A stretch of DNA of 64,000 nt, taken from NCBI GenBank assembly GCA_963727775.1, contig CAVSHB010000001.1:128001-192000 (forward strand), written 5' to 3'. This document shows, in pieces, positions 30,023 to 38,990 of the stretch. Origin of the DNA: an uncultured Nitrospiraceae bacterium (GTDB lineage: Bacteria > Nitrospirota > Thermodesulfovibrionia > Thermodesulfovibrionales > SM23-35). The translations under genes and the position numbers were made by a program. The notes under the pieces are model-generated. The model made no database searches and was not told where the DNA came from. It saw nothing but the letters and a program-made list of their open reading frames with translations. Within the stretch, counting starts at the first letter, position 1. Every line of letters starts with the position of its first letter.

Positions 30023-30718
30023 TTATTTTCCGAATCTGCTTAACGCTTCTTTGGCTGCGAGGGTTTCTGCTTCTTTCTTGCTCTTGCCTTTTCCTGTGCC
30101 GAATTTCTCGCCGGATATGTGCACTTCGACAGTAAAAATCTTTCTGTGCTCCGCGCCCTCCTGCTTCACCATTTTGTATTCAGGGATAGTGCCGAACAAA
30201 AGCTGGGTATTTTCCTGAAGCTCTGTCTTAAAATCGTGGAACTCGCCGGACCCTATGACAATATCTATTTTTTCTATGAATAATTTTAATATGAGTGTCC
30301 TGGACGTTTCAAACCCGCCATCCAAATAAACCGCGCCAAGGACAGCCTCGGTCGCGTCTGCAAGCAGAGATTTTTTAGCCCTGCCGCCGGTGGACTCTTC
30401 TCCTTTGCCGAGCCTGAGATATTTCCCGAGTTCAAGGGAAACGGCGATCTCGGAAAGCACGGATTCTTTAACAAGATAGGACTTCGTCTTTGCCATGACG
30501 GATTCGGTCAACCGGCTGTTATACAAGAACAGATATTCAACTATCACAAATCCGAGAACTGAATCTCCCAGGAATTCGAGCCTTTCATTATATGCAGCGG
30601 CCGTGCCGGGATTTTCATGAAAAAAAGACCTGTGGGTGAGGGCTTCAATAAGTAAATTTTTGTTTTCGAAACGGTACCCGAGGCTGTTTTCTAATGTAGA
30701 GATATCATTTTCGAACAT
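30023..30718 (-). CDS. rnc: Ribonuclease III
   Basis: NERLEFLGDSVL and a dsRBD. Confidence 0.98.
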   Translation of the reverse strand: MFENDISTLENSLGYRFENKNLLIEALTHRSFFHENPGTAAAYNERLEFLGDSVLGFVIVEYLFLYNSRLTESVMAKTKSYLVKESVLSEIAVSLELGKYLRLGKGEESTGGRAKKSLLADATEAVLGAVYLDGGFETSRTLILKLFIEKIDIVIGSGEFHDFKTELQENTQLLFGTIPEYKMVKQEGAEHRKIFTVEVHISGEKFGTGKGKSKKEAETLAAKEALSRFGK

Positions 30719-30730
30719 CGATAGGTGGTC

Positions 30731-31975
30731 TTAATTTTGGAATTTCCTGAACAACAGACAGGCATTGGTCCCCCCGAATCCGAATGAATTCGATAAGGCA
30801 TAATTGACTGTCATCTTCCTCGCGTGGTTCGGCACATAATCGAGATCGCAATCCGGGTCGGGATTATCAAGGTTTATCGTAGGGGGGACAATATCGTTAA
30901 AAATACTGAGAGTGCTGATGACCGCCTCGACACCCCCGGCAGCTCCGAGCAAATGGCCCATCATGGATTTCGTCGAACTGACCGCGATCTTATATGCATT
31001 TTCCGCAAACACGGTTTTAATCGCGCTTGTCTCGATTTCGTCCCCGTATTTTGTTGAAGTCCCGTGGGCATTGATGTAATCTACTTCTGCAGGATGGACT
31101 TCTGCGTCTCTCAATGCCATATTCATGCACCTTGCAGCGCCTTCACCGTTTGGCGAAGGAGAGGTGATATGGTATGCGTCCGCACTCATACCATAACCGA
31201 CAATTTCCGCATATATTCTTGCGCCTCTCTGCACGGCGGTTTCAAAGCTTTCCAGTATTAAAATCCCGGCGCCTTCGCCCATGACAAACCCGTCTCTGTT
31301 AATATCAAACGGCCTGCTTGCCTTTCCCGGTTCATCGTTTCTTACAGACAACGCCTTCATCGCATTGAATCCGCCTATCCCCAGAGAAGTGATTACCGCC
31401 TCTGTACCGCCGGCGATCATGGCATCCGCATCACCCCTCTGGATAAGCTTATATGCGTCGCCGATTGAATGACTGCCTGTAGCGCAAGCAGTCGCCACCG
31501 CGGAGTTAGGGCCTTTTGCTCCGAACTTAATCGATATCTGCCCGGCGGCAAGATTTACAATAAGCATGGGAATAAAAAAAGGGGAAATCTTTCTCGGTCC
31601 CTTCTCAAGCAAGACATTATGATAATGCTCTATGGCATGCAGTCCTCCAATGCCGGACCCGACAGCGACACCGATTCTCTCCGCATTTTTGTCCGTAATC
31701 TTCAACCCGGAATCTTTAATCGCCATTGATGCTGCGGCGATTCCGAAATGGATAAACCGGTCCATCTTCTTTATCTCTTTGGGCTCAATGTAATCTTCAG
31801 GATTAAAGCCTTCTACCTCTCCCGCTATCTGAGTTGCAAAAGCAGACGCCTCAAACTGGGTGATCTTCCTGATGGCCGGCCTGCCGGCTATAATGCCTTC
31901 CCAGCTTTTTTCAACGCCGATGCCGAGGGGGGTTATCATACCTACCCCCGTAATTACAACTCTCTGTTTATCCAT
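30731..31975 (-). CDS. fabF: Beta-ketoacyl-ACP synthase II
   Basis: TACATG, NAHGTST, GHLLGAAG, SNSFGFGG. Confidence 0.98.
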   Translation of the reverse strand: MDKQRVVITGVGMITPLGIGVEKSWEGIIAGRPAIRKITQFEASAFATQIAGEVEGFNPEDYIEPKEIKKMDRFIHFGIAAASMAIKDSGLKITDKNAERIGVAVGSGIGGLHAIEHYHNVLLEKGPRKISPFFIPMLIVNLAAGQISIKFGAKGPNSAVATACATGSHSIGDAYKLIQRGDADAMIAGGTEAVITSLGIGGFNAMKALSVRNDEPGKASRPFDINRDGFVMGEGAGILILESFETAVQRGARIYAEIVGYGMSADAYHITSPSPNGEGAARCMNMALRDAEVHPAEVDYINAHGTSTKYGDEIETSAIKTVFAENAYKIAVSSTKSMMGHLLGAAGGVEAVISTLSIFNDIVPPTINLDNPDPDCDLDYVPNHARKMTVNYALSNSFGFGGTNACLLFRKFQN

Positions 31976-31992
31976 GTGCTTCTCAACCCGTC

Positions 31993-32226
31993 TTACGCCG
32001 CTTTTTTCTTGTTGATATAGGCGACGGCGTCTTTTACTTTCATGATCTTCTCAGCATCTTCATCAGGAATCTCAATTCCGAAAGCCTCTTCAAATGCCAT
32101 GACGAGTTCAACTGTGTCCAGCGAATCCGCCCCGAGGTCTTCGACAAAAGACGCCTCAGGGACAACCTCCGATGAATTCACTCCCAATTGCTTTGAAATG
32201 ATCTCTTTTACCTTTTCTTCTATCAT
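31993..32226 (-). CDS. acpP: Acyl carrier protein
   Basis: [14 protein letters not shown]. Confidence 0.98.
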   Translation of the reverse strand: MIEEKVKEIISKQLGVNSSEVVPEASFVEDLGADSLDTVELVMAFEEAFGIEIPDEDAEKIMKVKDAVAYINKKKAA

Positions 32227-32311
32227 TCATACACCTCCAAATTAAATTTTCAAATTTTAAAGTCCAAATTGCAAATTTTGAGATTTGAGTTTTATATACG
32301 ACATTAAACCG

Positions 32312-33046
32312 TCACATATACATGCCGCCATTTACATGTATCACCTGCCCCGTAATATAATCGGAATCGGGGGAGACAAGATAAATGACCGCACTTGCAA
32401 CATCTTCAACTGTGCCGAACCTTCCTAAAGGGATGAGTTTCTTCATATCTTCTTTTATATTTTCCGGCAGGACATCGGTCATCGCTGTCTCTATAAAGCC
32501 GGGGGCGACAGCATTTACCGTTATCCCCCTGCCTGCATATTCTCTTGCTATCGTCTTTGTAAATCCGACAATACCGGCCTTTGACGCGCTGTAATTTGCC
32601 TGTCCGGGGTTCCCCATAAAAGCGGCTACAGATGTAATGTTTACAATCCGCCCGTATCTCTGTTTGGCCATATCCTTTATCGCTTCTCTGGAACACAGGA
32701 ATACTCCCTTCAGGTTAACAGCCATCACGGAGTCCCATGCGTCTTCCTTCATTCTCATTAAAAGCCCGTCTTTTGTTATTCCGGCGTTGTTTATCAATAT
32801 ATCAAGCCTGCCGAACTCCTTGCGTATCTCCTCAAATACCTTTTCGACCTCTTCTGACTTCGATACATCGAGCTTCATCCCCAGAACTCTGGCCCCGGTT
32901 GCCGACAGGGAAACCGCAACCTCATTTGCCGCAATAAGGTTTCTACCCGCAACAACCAGATTTACTCCTTTTTTCGCCAGTCCTTCGGCAATCGCCTTGC
33001 CTATGCCGCGCGTTCCGCCCGTAACCAATCCGACCCGGCCCTTCAT
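32312..33046 (-). CDS. fabG: 3-oxoacyl-ACP reductase
   Basis: TGGTRGIG, NNAGIT, YSASK; adjacent to acpP and fabF. Confidence 0.96.
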   Translation of the reverse strand: MKGRVGLVTGGTRGIGKAIAEGLAKKGVNLVVAGRNLIAANEVAVSLSATGARVLGMKLDVSKSEEVEKVFEEIRKEFGRLDILINNAGITKDGLLMRMKEDAWDSVMAVNLKGVFLCSREAIKDMAKQRYGRIVNITSVAAFMGNPGQANYSASKAGIVGFTKTIAREYAGRGITVNAVAPGFIETAMTDVLPENIKEDMKKLIPLGRFGTVEDVASAVIYLVSPDSDYITGQVIHVNGGMYM

Positions 33047-33289
33047 AACAATACCACTTCCTCCTTAAAAAACTGGTTTTAATTTTAACAAAGTACTCTT
33101 CTCTTTTCCAGTCTTTATTTGTAGTAGCCTGTTTAAGGATACCCGTAAATCATTGTAATATTCATTAATTTATGTTAATAATATTAGTTAATTGCGCCAA
33201 GAGCTGCCCTGAAAATGTGGCCATTTTTCGGGTTCCTGTTCAGGTAAAACTGCATAAATCAAAATCTTTAAATTATAAGGGAAAATTGT

Positions 33290-34525
33290 ATGAAAGGTAA
33301 AGTATATCTAATTGATGTAACAAACAGGGACGGGGTGCAGACATCCCGGATATTGCTCCCGAAACTCTCCAAGACCATGTTGAACATCTATCTTGACGAG
33401 ATGGGTATCTACCAGAGCGAAATCGGTTTCCCAACTCTAAAACACGAGATCAATTATATAAATGCGAATCTGGAGCTGGTAAAACTCGGGGCGATAAAGA
33501 ATATCCATCTTGAGGGCTGGTGCAGGGCGATACCCGAAGATGTGACACTCAGTTTCAAAAACTGCCCCGAACTTAAACATTTAAACATCTCTATGTCGAC
33601 ATCAGAGATAATGATAAAAGGAAAATTCCAGGGGAAAAAAACTTTTAAAGACATTATTAAGTCCCTTGTCGAGGCAGTCAGGACCGCGAGGGAACTCGGC
33701 GCAGAAACAGTAGGGGTAAACGCTGAAGATGCGTCAAGGACCGAACTCGACAGACTGATAGAATTTGTCATTGCCGGTAAGGAGGCCGGGGCAGACCGTT
33801 TCAGATATTGCGACACTCTCGGGACGGACGACCCGATAACCATATATGAGAGGACAAAAGCGCTGGCGCTTGCTACGAAGTTTCCCCTGGAAATGCATTG
33901 CCATAATGACCTCGGGATGGGGGAAGCCGTTTCCATAGCGGGCGCGCAGGGAGTGGTAGAAGCGGGGATTGATACATATATCAACACAACCGTCAACGGC
34001 TACGGTGAGCGCTGCGGCAACTGTGACCTCGTATCAACAATACTGGCGCTCAAATTCTCTCACGCCCTTAAAGACAAACTCCCTCTCGATGAGCGTGTCG
34101 ACCTTAAGAAGGCTTGGAAGATCGGTAAATATGCATCATACGCATTTAATATACCGATACCGATAAACCAGCCGGGTATCGGCTCAAACGCATTTGCGCA
34201 TGAATCTGGTATACACGCGGACGGAGCCCTGAAAGACAGACGCAACTATGAACTTTATGACCCCGAGGATGTCGGAAGGGGCGAGCCGGAACTCTCGGAT
34301 ACAGGGAGGGTAATTACAACGGGAGAGTACGGAGGCATCAAAGGGTTCAGGCATGTGTATGACAAGCTCGGCATCCATTTCCATGACGACAATGATGCAA
34401 GAAAGGTGCTTGAACTCGTCCAATATGCAAACCTCCACACTCAAAAATCGTTGACGGACGATGAATTAAGGCTCATCGCAAAATACCCCGAAGTGGTCCG
34501 TAAGATATTGACGGTGAATATATAA
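33290..34525 (+). CDS. DRE-TIM metallolyase, probable Re-face citrate synthase (often annotated homocitrate synthase)
   Basis: [32 protein letters not shown]; translationally coupled to isocitrate dehydrogenase. Confidence 0.75.
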   Translation: MKGKVYLIDVTNRDGVQTSRILLPKLSKTMLNIYLDEMGIYQSEIGFPTLKHEINYINANLELVKLGAIKNIHLEGWCRAIPEDVTLSFKNCPELKHLNISMSTSEIMIKGKFQGKKTFKDIIKSLVEAVRTARELGAETVGVNAEDASRTELDRLIEFVIAGKEAGADRFRYCDTLGTDDPITIYERTKALALATKFPLEMHCHNDLGMGEAVSIAGAQGVVEAGIDTYINTTVNGYGERCGNCDLVSTILALKFSHALKDKLPLDERVDLKKAWKIGKYASYAFNIPIPINQPGIGSNAFAHESGIHADGALKDRRNYELYDPEDVGRGEPELSDTGRVITTGEYGGIKGFRHVYDKLGIHFHDDNDARKVLELVQYANLHTQKSLTDDELRLIAKYPEVVRKILTVNI

Positions 34526-35601
34526 TGTATAGCATTACATTAATTCCCGGAGACGGCACAGGCCCTGAGATATCCGAGGCCACAAAAAGGGTCATTGAAG
34601 CAACAGGGGTCCCCATTACGTGGGACATCCAGGAAGCAGGACTTGAGGTCTTTGAAAAAGAAGGGACGCCCTTACCGCAAAGGGTCATTGATTCTATAAA
34701 GAAGAATAAGGTGGCTATTAAGGGGCCTATCACCACGCCTGTGGGGACAGGGTTCAGGAGCGTTAATGTGACTCTCAGACAGACCCTTGACCTTTATTGC
34801 TGCCTCAGGCCGTCCAGGACATATAGAGGGGTCAGGACGAGATTCCAGGACGTCGACCTTGTCATAATCAGAGAAAATACTGAAGATTTATACGCCGGCA
34901 TTGAATTTCAGAAGGACTCCGAAGGTGTGAAAAGAATTATCGGCTTAATTCATGAATTAACGGGGAAAAGCATCAGGACCGATTCAGGTATCAGTATTAA
35001 GCCTATTTCCGTTTTCGGCACAGAGAGGATTGTCAGGTATGCCTTCGAATACGCAAAAAGAAATAAAAGGAAAAAGGTCACCGCAGTCCATAAGGCAAAT
35101 ATAATGAAATATTCCGACGGGCTTTTTCTTGAGACTGCGCGGGATGTCGCAAAAAGTTATCCGGACATCGAATTCGAAGACAGGATCGTGGACAATATGT
35201 GCATGCAGCTTGTGCAGAAACCCGAGCTCTATGATGTTTTGGTCCTTCCGAATCTATACGGCGACATTATTTCAGATCTGGCGGCAGGTCTTATCGGTGG
35301 GCTCGGGGTTGCGCCGGGCGCGAACCTCGGGAAGGAATACGCCGTCTTTGAGCCTGTGCACGGCAGTGCTCCGAAATATAAAGGGTTGAACAAAGTGAAT
35401 CCATTGGCTATGATACTTTCAGGTGTCATGATGCTGAAACATCTGGGAGAGTTTAAAGCCGCTGAAAGACTGGAAACCGCCGTTTCTTCCGTCATAGAAG
35501 AAGGGGAAAACGTGACCTATGATATGAAGCCTTTGCCTGAGGACCCGACAGCCGCAACAACATCACAGATGGCGGATGCGATAATCAAAAAATTAATCTG
35601 A
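34525..35601 (+). CDS. icd: Isocitrate dehydrogenase (isocitrate/isopropylmalate dehydrogenase family)
   Basis: [42 protein letters not shown]. Confidence 0.82.
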   Translation: MYSITLIPGDGTGPEISEATKRVIEATGVPITWDIQEAGLEVFEKEGTPLPQRVIDSIKKNKVAIKGPITTPVGTGFRSVNVTLRQTLDLYCCLRPSRTYRGVRTRFQDVDLVIIRENTEDLYAGIEFQKDSEGVKRIIGLIHELTGKSIRTDSGISIKPISVFGTERIVRYAFEYAKRNKRKKVTAVHKANIMKYSDGLFLETARDVAKSYPDIEFEDRIVDNMCMQLVQKPELYDVLVLPNLYGDIISDLAAGLIGGLGVAPGANLGKEYAVFEPVHGSAPKYKGLNKVNPLAMILSGVMMLKHLGEFKAAERLETAVSSVIEEGENVTYDMKPLPEDPTAATTSQMADAIIKKLI

Positions 35602-35715
35602 CCCCTCATATGGTAAGCGACAGTCCACAAAAAATAGAACCTCCGAATAAATATAAAAGAGAATATTATTTTTTACAAAGTAATTTCGCACTCCGAAATT
35701 CACGAATAAATCCAT

Positions 35716-37026
35716 ATGTGGTCTGATATCCTTTTTATCATTGTTTTTATTCTCCTGAACGGTATCTTTGCTGCAGCCGAGATCGCGGTGGTTGCATCAA
35801 GGAAAACCCGGATTAAGCAGCTTATTGAAGAGGGCAATGAAACTGCCGTTATCCTGAATAAATTCAAGGAAAAGCCGGATAGTTTTCTCGCTACAACTCA
35901 GTTTGCGGTCACTCTTGTGGGAGTTCTTGCATCGGCAATCGGCGGCGCGGCGGCGATAAAAATTATTAAACCCGTCATCAGCGAGATTCCGTTCAAGCCG
36001 GTTGCAGCATACAGCGAGGCGATTGCTATCGGGTTGGTAACGGTCTTGATAACATATTTTTTACTCGTGTTCGGAGAGCTTATCCCAAAGTCCGTAGCCC
36101 TGGCCAACCCTGAAGGGGTCGGGCTAAAGACCGCAAAATTTATTGACGGATTTTCAAAGATAGCTGTCTTCTTCGTGAAGATACTGACATTCAGCACGAG
36201 TATGTTACTGAAGCCGTTCGGAAGAAAGACATTCACCGGAAGGGCCTACATCTCAGAGGAAGAGATAAGGATGCTGATACGGGAGGGCGGGGAGCAGGGG
36301 GTATTCGAACCTGCCGAACAGGAACTCATCCACAGCGTTTTCGAGTTCACCGATATGTCTGCGAAAGAGGTCATGGCGCCTTCGACACAGATGATAACAG
36401 TGCGGTTGAATACTCCTGTTGAAGACGTAAGGAAGATTATCACTGAGGAACAGTTCTCCCGTTACCCTGTCATAGGAAAAGACCTCAACGATATCAGGGG
36501 AATTCTCTATGCGAAAGATTTCCTGAATGCGTTTGCAAAAGGGGTGGCTGATATAAGAAAACTTATAAAGCCTCCGTTCTTTATCCCTGAGACGATGAAG
36601 ATAAGCAATCTGCTGAAAGAAATGCAGAGGAAAAGGGTCCACATGGCTTTGGTCATAGACGAGTATGGCGGGGTCTCGGGCCTCGTAACGATGGAAGATC
36701 TCCTTGAAGAGATAGTCGGAGAGATAAGGGATGAATACGACATCGAAAGCCCCGTAATCCAGATCAGCGAAAATATATTTTTGGTTGACGCATCCATTAG
36801 TATAAGGGATTTAAAAGACGATTATGAAATTGAAATACCGGAATCTACTGAATACGAGACCCTAAGCGGCTTTTTATTTACCGCCCTTCAAAAAATTCCA
36901 AAAGTGGGAGATATCGTTGAGATAGATGGTAAAAAGATAACTATATCCGAGATGGTGGGGCAGAGGATCGCTAAGGTGAAACTCGAAAACCTGCCTGAAA
37001 AAGAAGAGCCTGAAGAAATTCTTTAG
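35716..37026 (+). CDS. Hemolysin-family CNNM/CBS/CorC protein
   Basis: N-terminal TM domain (FAAAEIA, GELIPK), CBS pair, DEYGG..GLVTMEDLLEEIVGEI. Confidence 0.92.
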   Translation: MWSDILFIIVFILLNGIFAAAEIAVVASRKTRIKQLIEEGNETAVILNKFKEKPDSFLATTQFAVTLVGVLASAIGGAAAIKIIKPVISEIPFKPVAAYSEAIAIGLVTVLITYFLLVFGELIPKSVALANPEGVGLKTAKFIDGFSKIAVFFVKILTFSTSMLLKPFGRKTFTGRAYISEEEIRMLIREGGEQGVFEPAEQELIHSVFEFTDMSAKEVMAPSTQMITVRLNTPVEDVRKIITEEQFSRYPVIGKDLNDIRGILYAKDFLNAFAKGVADIRKLIKPPFFIPETMKISNLLKEMQRKRVHMALVIDEYGGVSGLVTMEDLLEEIVGEIRDEYDIESPVIQISENIFLVDASISIRDLKDDYEIEIPESTEYETLSGFLFTALQKIPKVGDIVEIDGKKITISEMVGQRIAKVKLENLPEKEEPEEIL

Positions 37027-37064
37027 ACATTCTTTCCCGTTTTCTATTATAATTTACGTCTGCA

Positions 37065-37991
37065 ATGAAGAAAAAAGTGTCCATTATAGGTGCCGGTAAT
37101 GTCGGCGCTACAACCGCACAGCTCGTGGGCCAGTCAGGCATTGCCGATGTCGTCCTTTTTGATATCGTGGAGGGAATGCCTCAGGGCAAATCCCTTGACC
37201 TTGCCGAGGCCTGTGCGCTGTGGAATTCATCGTCCTCTATTACAGGTACAAACAATTATTCAGATACTTCAGGGTCCGACGTTGTTGTTATCACCGCCGG
37301 TTTTGCAAGAAAACCCGGGATGTCAAGGAATGATCTCCTTCATGCCAACGCCGATGTGGTCAGAAAAGCAAGCGCAGGCATCGCAAAGACCTCCCCGGAC
37401 AGTATCATCATTGTTGTGACGAACCCGATGGATGTTATGGCCCAACTTGCATGGAAGACGACCGAGTTTTCCTGCAGGCGTGTTATGGGGATGGGCGGCA
37501 TACTTGATGCGTCGAGATTTACTGCATTCCTCTCATGGGAATTGCAGGCGTCCCCTGAAGATATAAAAGCGATAGTGTTTGGAGGGCACGGCGATGAGAT
37601 GATTCCGCTCCCCCGATTTACTACCGTCAGCGGGATACCGATCACAGAGCTTCTGCCAAAGAAAAAGATCGATCTCCTTATCGAGAGGACAAGGAACGGC
37701 GGCGCTGAGATAGTGTCCTTGCTTAAATCAGGAAGCGCATATTACGCGCCTGCGGCATCCACGTTTCAGATGATAAAGTCGGTCCTTCTTGATGAGAAGC
37801 GTATGCTCCCCTGCGCTGCTTTCCTGAACGGTGAATACGGCATGAAGGACGTTTATATGGGCGTCCCTGTTATTTTAGGGGAGGAAGGCGTCGAGAAGAT
37901 CGTAGAGGTAAAACTTGCCAAAGAAGAAAAAGCGCAACTCAGGAAATCGTATGCCTCGGTAAAAAAACTAATCCAGAAATTATCGCTATAG
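37065..37991 (+). CDS. mdh: Malate dehydrogenase (LDH-like)
   Basis: [32 protein letters not shown]. Confidence 0.95.
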   Translation: MKKKVSIIGAGNVGATTAQLVGQSGIADVVLFDIVEGMPQGKSLDLAEACALWNSSSSITGTNNYSDTSGSDVVVITAGFARKPGMSRNDLLHANADVVRKASAGIAKTSPDSIIIVVTNPMDVMAQLAWKTTEFSCRRVMGMGGILDASRFTAFLSWELQASPEDIKAIVFGGHGDEMIPLPRFTTVSGIPITELLPKKKIDLLIERTRNGGAEIVSLLKSGSAYYAPAASTFQMIKSVLLDEKRMLPCAAFLNGEYGMKDVYMGVPVILGEEGVEKIVEVKLAKEEKAQLRKSYASVKKLIQKLSL

Positions 37992-38002
37992 ACGGAGGAG
38001 AG

Positions 38003-38416
38003 ATGGAGAGAACATTATCTATTGTGAAACCGGACGGAGTTAAGAAAAATGTGATCGGCGCAGTTATACAAAAGTTTGAACAGAAAGGACTCAGGATCGC
38101 GGCCTTAAAAATGCTGAAGCTTTCTAAAGACGATGCAAAGGGATTTTACATCGTGCATAAAGATAGGCCTTTTTACGAGAGTCTTACCGGCTTTATGTCG
38201 GAGGGTCCGATTGTGGTAATGGTAATTGAAGGGGACAACGCTATTCTTAGAGTAAGAGAGATTATGGGCGCGACAAACCCTAAAGACGCAGCCCCCGGCA
38301 CTATCAGAGCTGATTTTGCTTCAGACATAGAGCATAATATCGTCCATGGCTCCGATTCAAAAGAATCGGCTTCCTTCGAGATACCTTACTTTTTTTCTTC
38401 TCTTGAGATTCACTGA
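38003..38416 (+). CDS. ndk: Nucleoside diphosphate kinase
   Basis: [26 protein letters not shown]. Confidence 0.98.
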   Translation: MERTLSIVKPDGVKKNVIGAVIQKFEQKGLRIAALKMLKLSKDDAKGFYIVHKDRPFYESLTGFMSEGPIVVMVIEGDNAILRVREIMGATNPKDAAPGTIRADFASDIEHNIVHGSDSKESASFEIPYFFSSLEIH

Positions 38417-38483
38417 TTTATACTTTTTTTAGGAATATGACGCCTTGACAAGGATTCATATTTTTAGGTTAAATAGATTCGTT

Positions 38484-38558
38484 AGGCGCGTAGCTCAGTG
38501 GGAGAGCGCTTCCTTGACACGGAAGAGGTCAGGGGTTCAATACCCCTCGTGCCTACCA
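38484..38558 (+). tRNA. tRNA-Val(GAC)
   Basis: 75-nt cloverleaf, anticodon arm CTTCC-TTGACAC-GGAAG, TTCAAT T-loop, encoded CCA. Confidence 0.97.
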
Positions 38559-38619
38559 TAAAAAATCAATAACTTACCGGCCTTTACCATTTGCTCTACC
38601 CGTTAAATTGTGCTAATCG

Positions 38620-38716
38620 AAAGACATTGGTATCGATTACAATCCTATACACGCTTGCGAACTGCTCTTACTGCCGCCTGCACATCTGCCTCGATTTCCT
38701 TTGATGAAGTGCGCTC
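38620..38716 (-). pseudogene. Relic of an antitoxin/PIN-toxin pair (antitoxin C-terminus plus first codons of toxin)
   Basis: ...SKEIEADVQAAVRAVRKRV* overlapping GTG-YRIVIDTNVF, the N-terminal motif of PIN toxins. Confidence 0.6.
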
Positions 38717-38718
38717 AA

Positions 38719-38754
38719 TCCCCTCTTAAGCTAAGAGGGGGCAAGGGGGAGTTA
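38719..38754 (+). repeat. Partial palindromic element (copy A) upstream of DUF559 relic
   Basis: CCCCTCTTAAGCTAAGAGGGGGCAAGGGGGAGTTA, near-identical to the 3' part of the minus strand of the copy at 41540-41589. Confidence 0.85.
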
Positions 38755-38866
38755 TGGAGTTTTTAAGAAATGATTCACAATTAAAGCAACGCGCGACGAA
38801 TTAAGATGGAATCAGACTGATAAGGTTTTGGGATAATGAGGTGAGCTTGATATGCAGGGTGTTTTA
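38754..38866 (+). pseudogene. Internally deleted DUF559/Vsr-like endonuclease gene
   Basis: MEFLRNDSQLKQRA / ELRWNQTD / RFWDNEV / DMQGVL across frameshifts, matching the N- and C-terminal motifs of DUF559 proteins with the core missing. Confidence 0.65.
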
Positions 38867-38868
38867 AG

Positions 38869-38906
38869 TAACCCCTCCTATCCTCCCCTTTGCCAAAGGG
38901 GAGGGA
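38869..38906 (+). repeat. Palindromic element (copy B) downstream of DUF559 relic
   Basis: TAACCCCTCCTATCCTCCCCTTTGCCAAAGGGGAGGGA; first 11 nt identical to the copy at 39251. Confidence 0.8.
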
Positions 38907-38990
38907 TAAAAAGATGTAGTCCACATGAAAGCCGGAAGAACTCTTTTTCCGAAAGAATTTAAAACCGCTTAAAATACTATATCTGTCGAT

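Noticed and set aside
32236..32292. Degenerate heptamer-like repeats between fabG and acpP
   Set aside because: Too short and irregular to define a repeat unit; no associated ORF
33190..33255. Riboswitch upstream of the Re-citrate synthase gene
   Set aside because: Only one imperfect hairpin; no recognisable aptamer consensus
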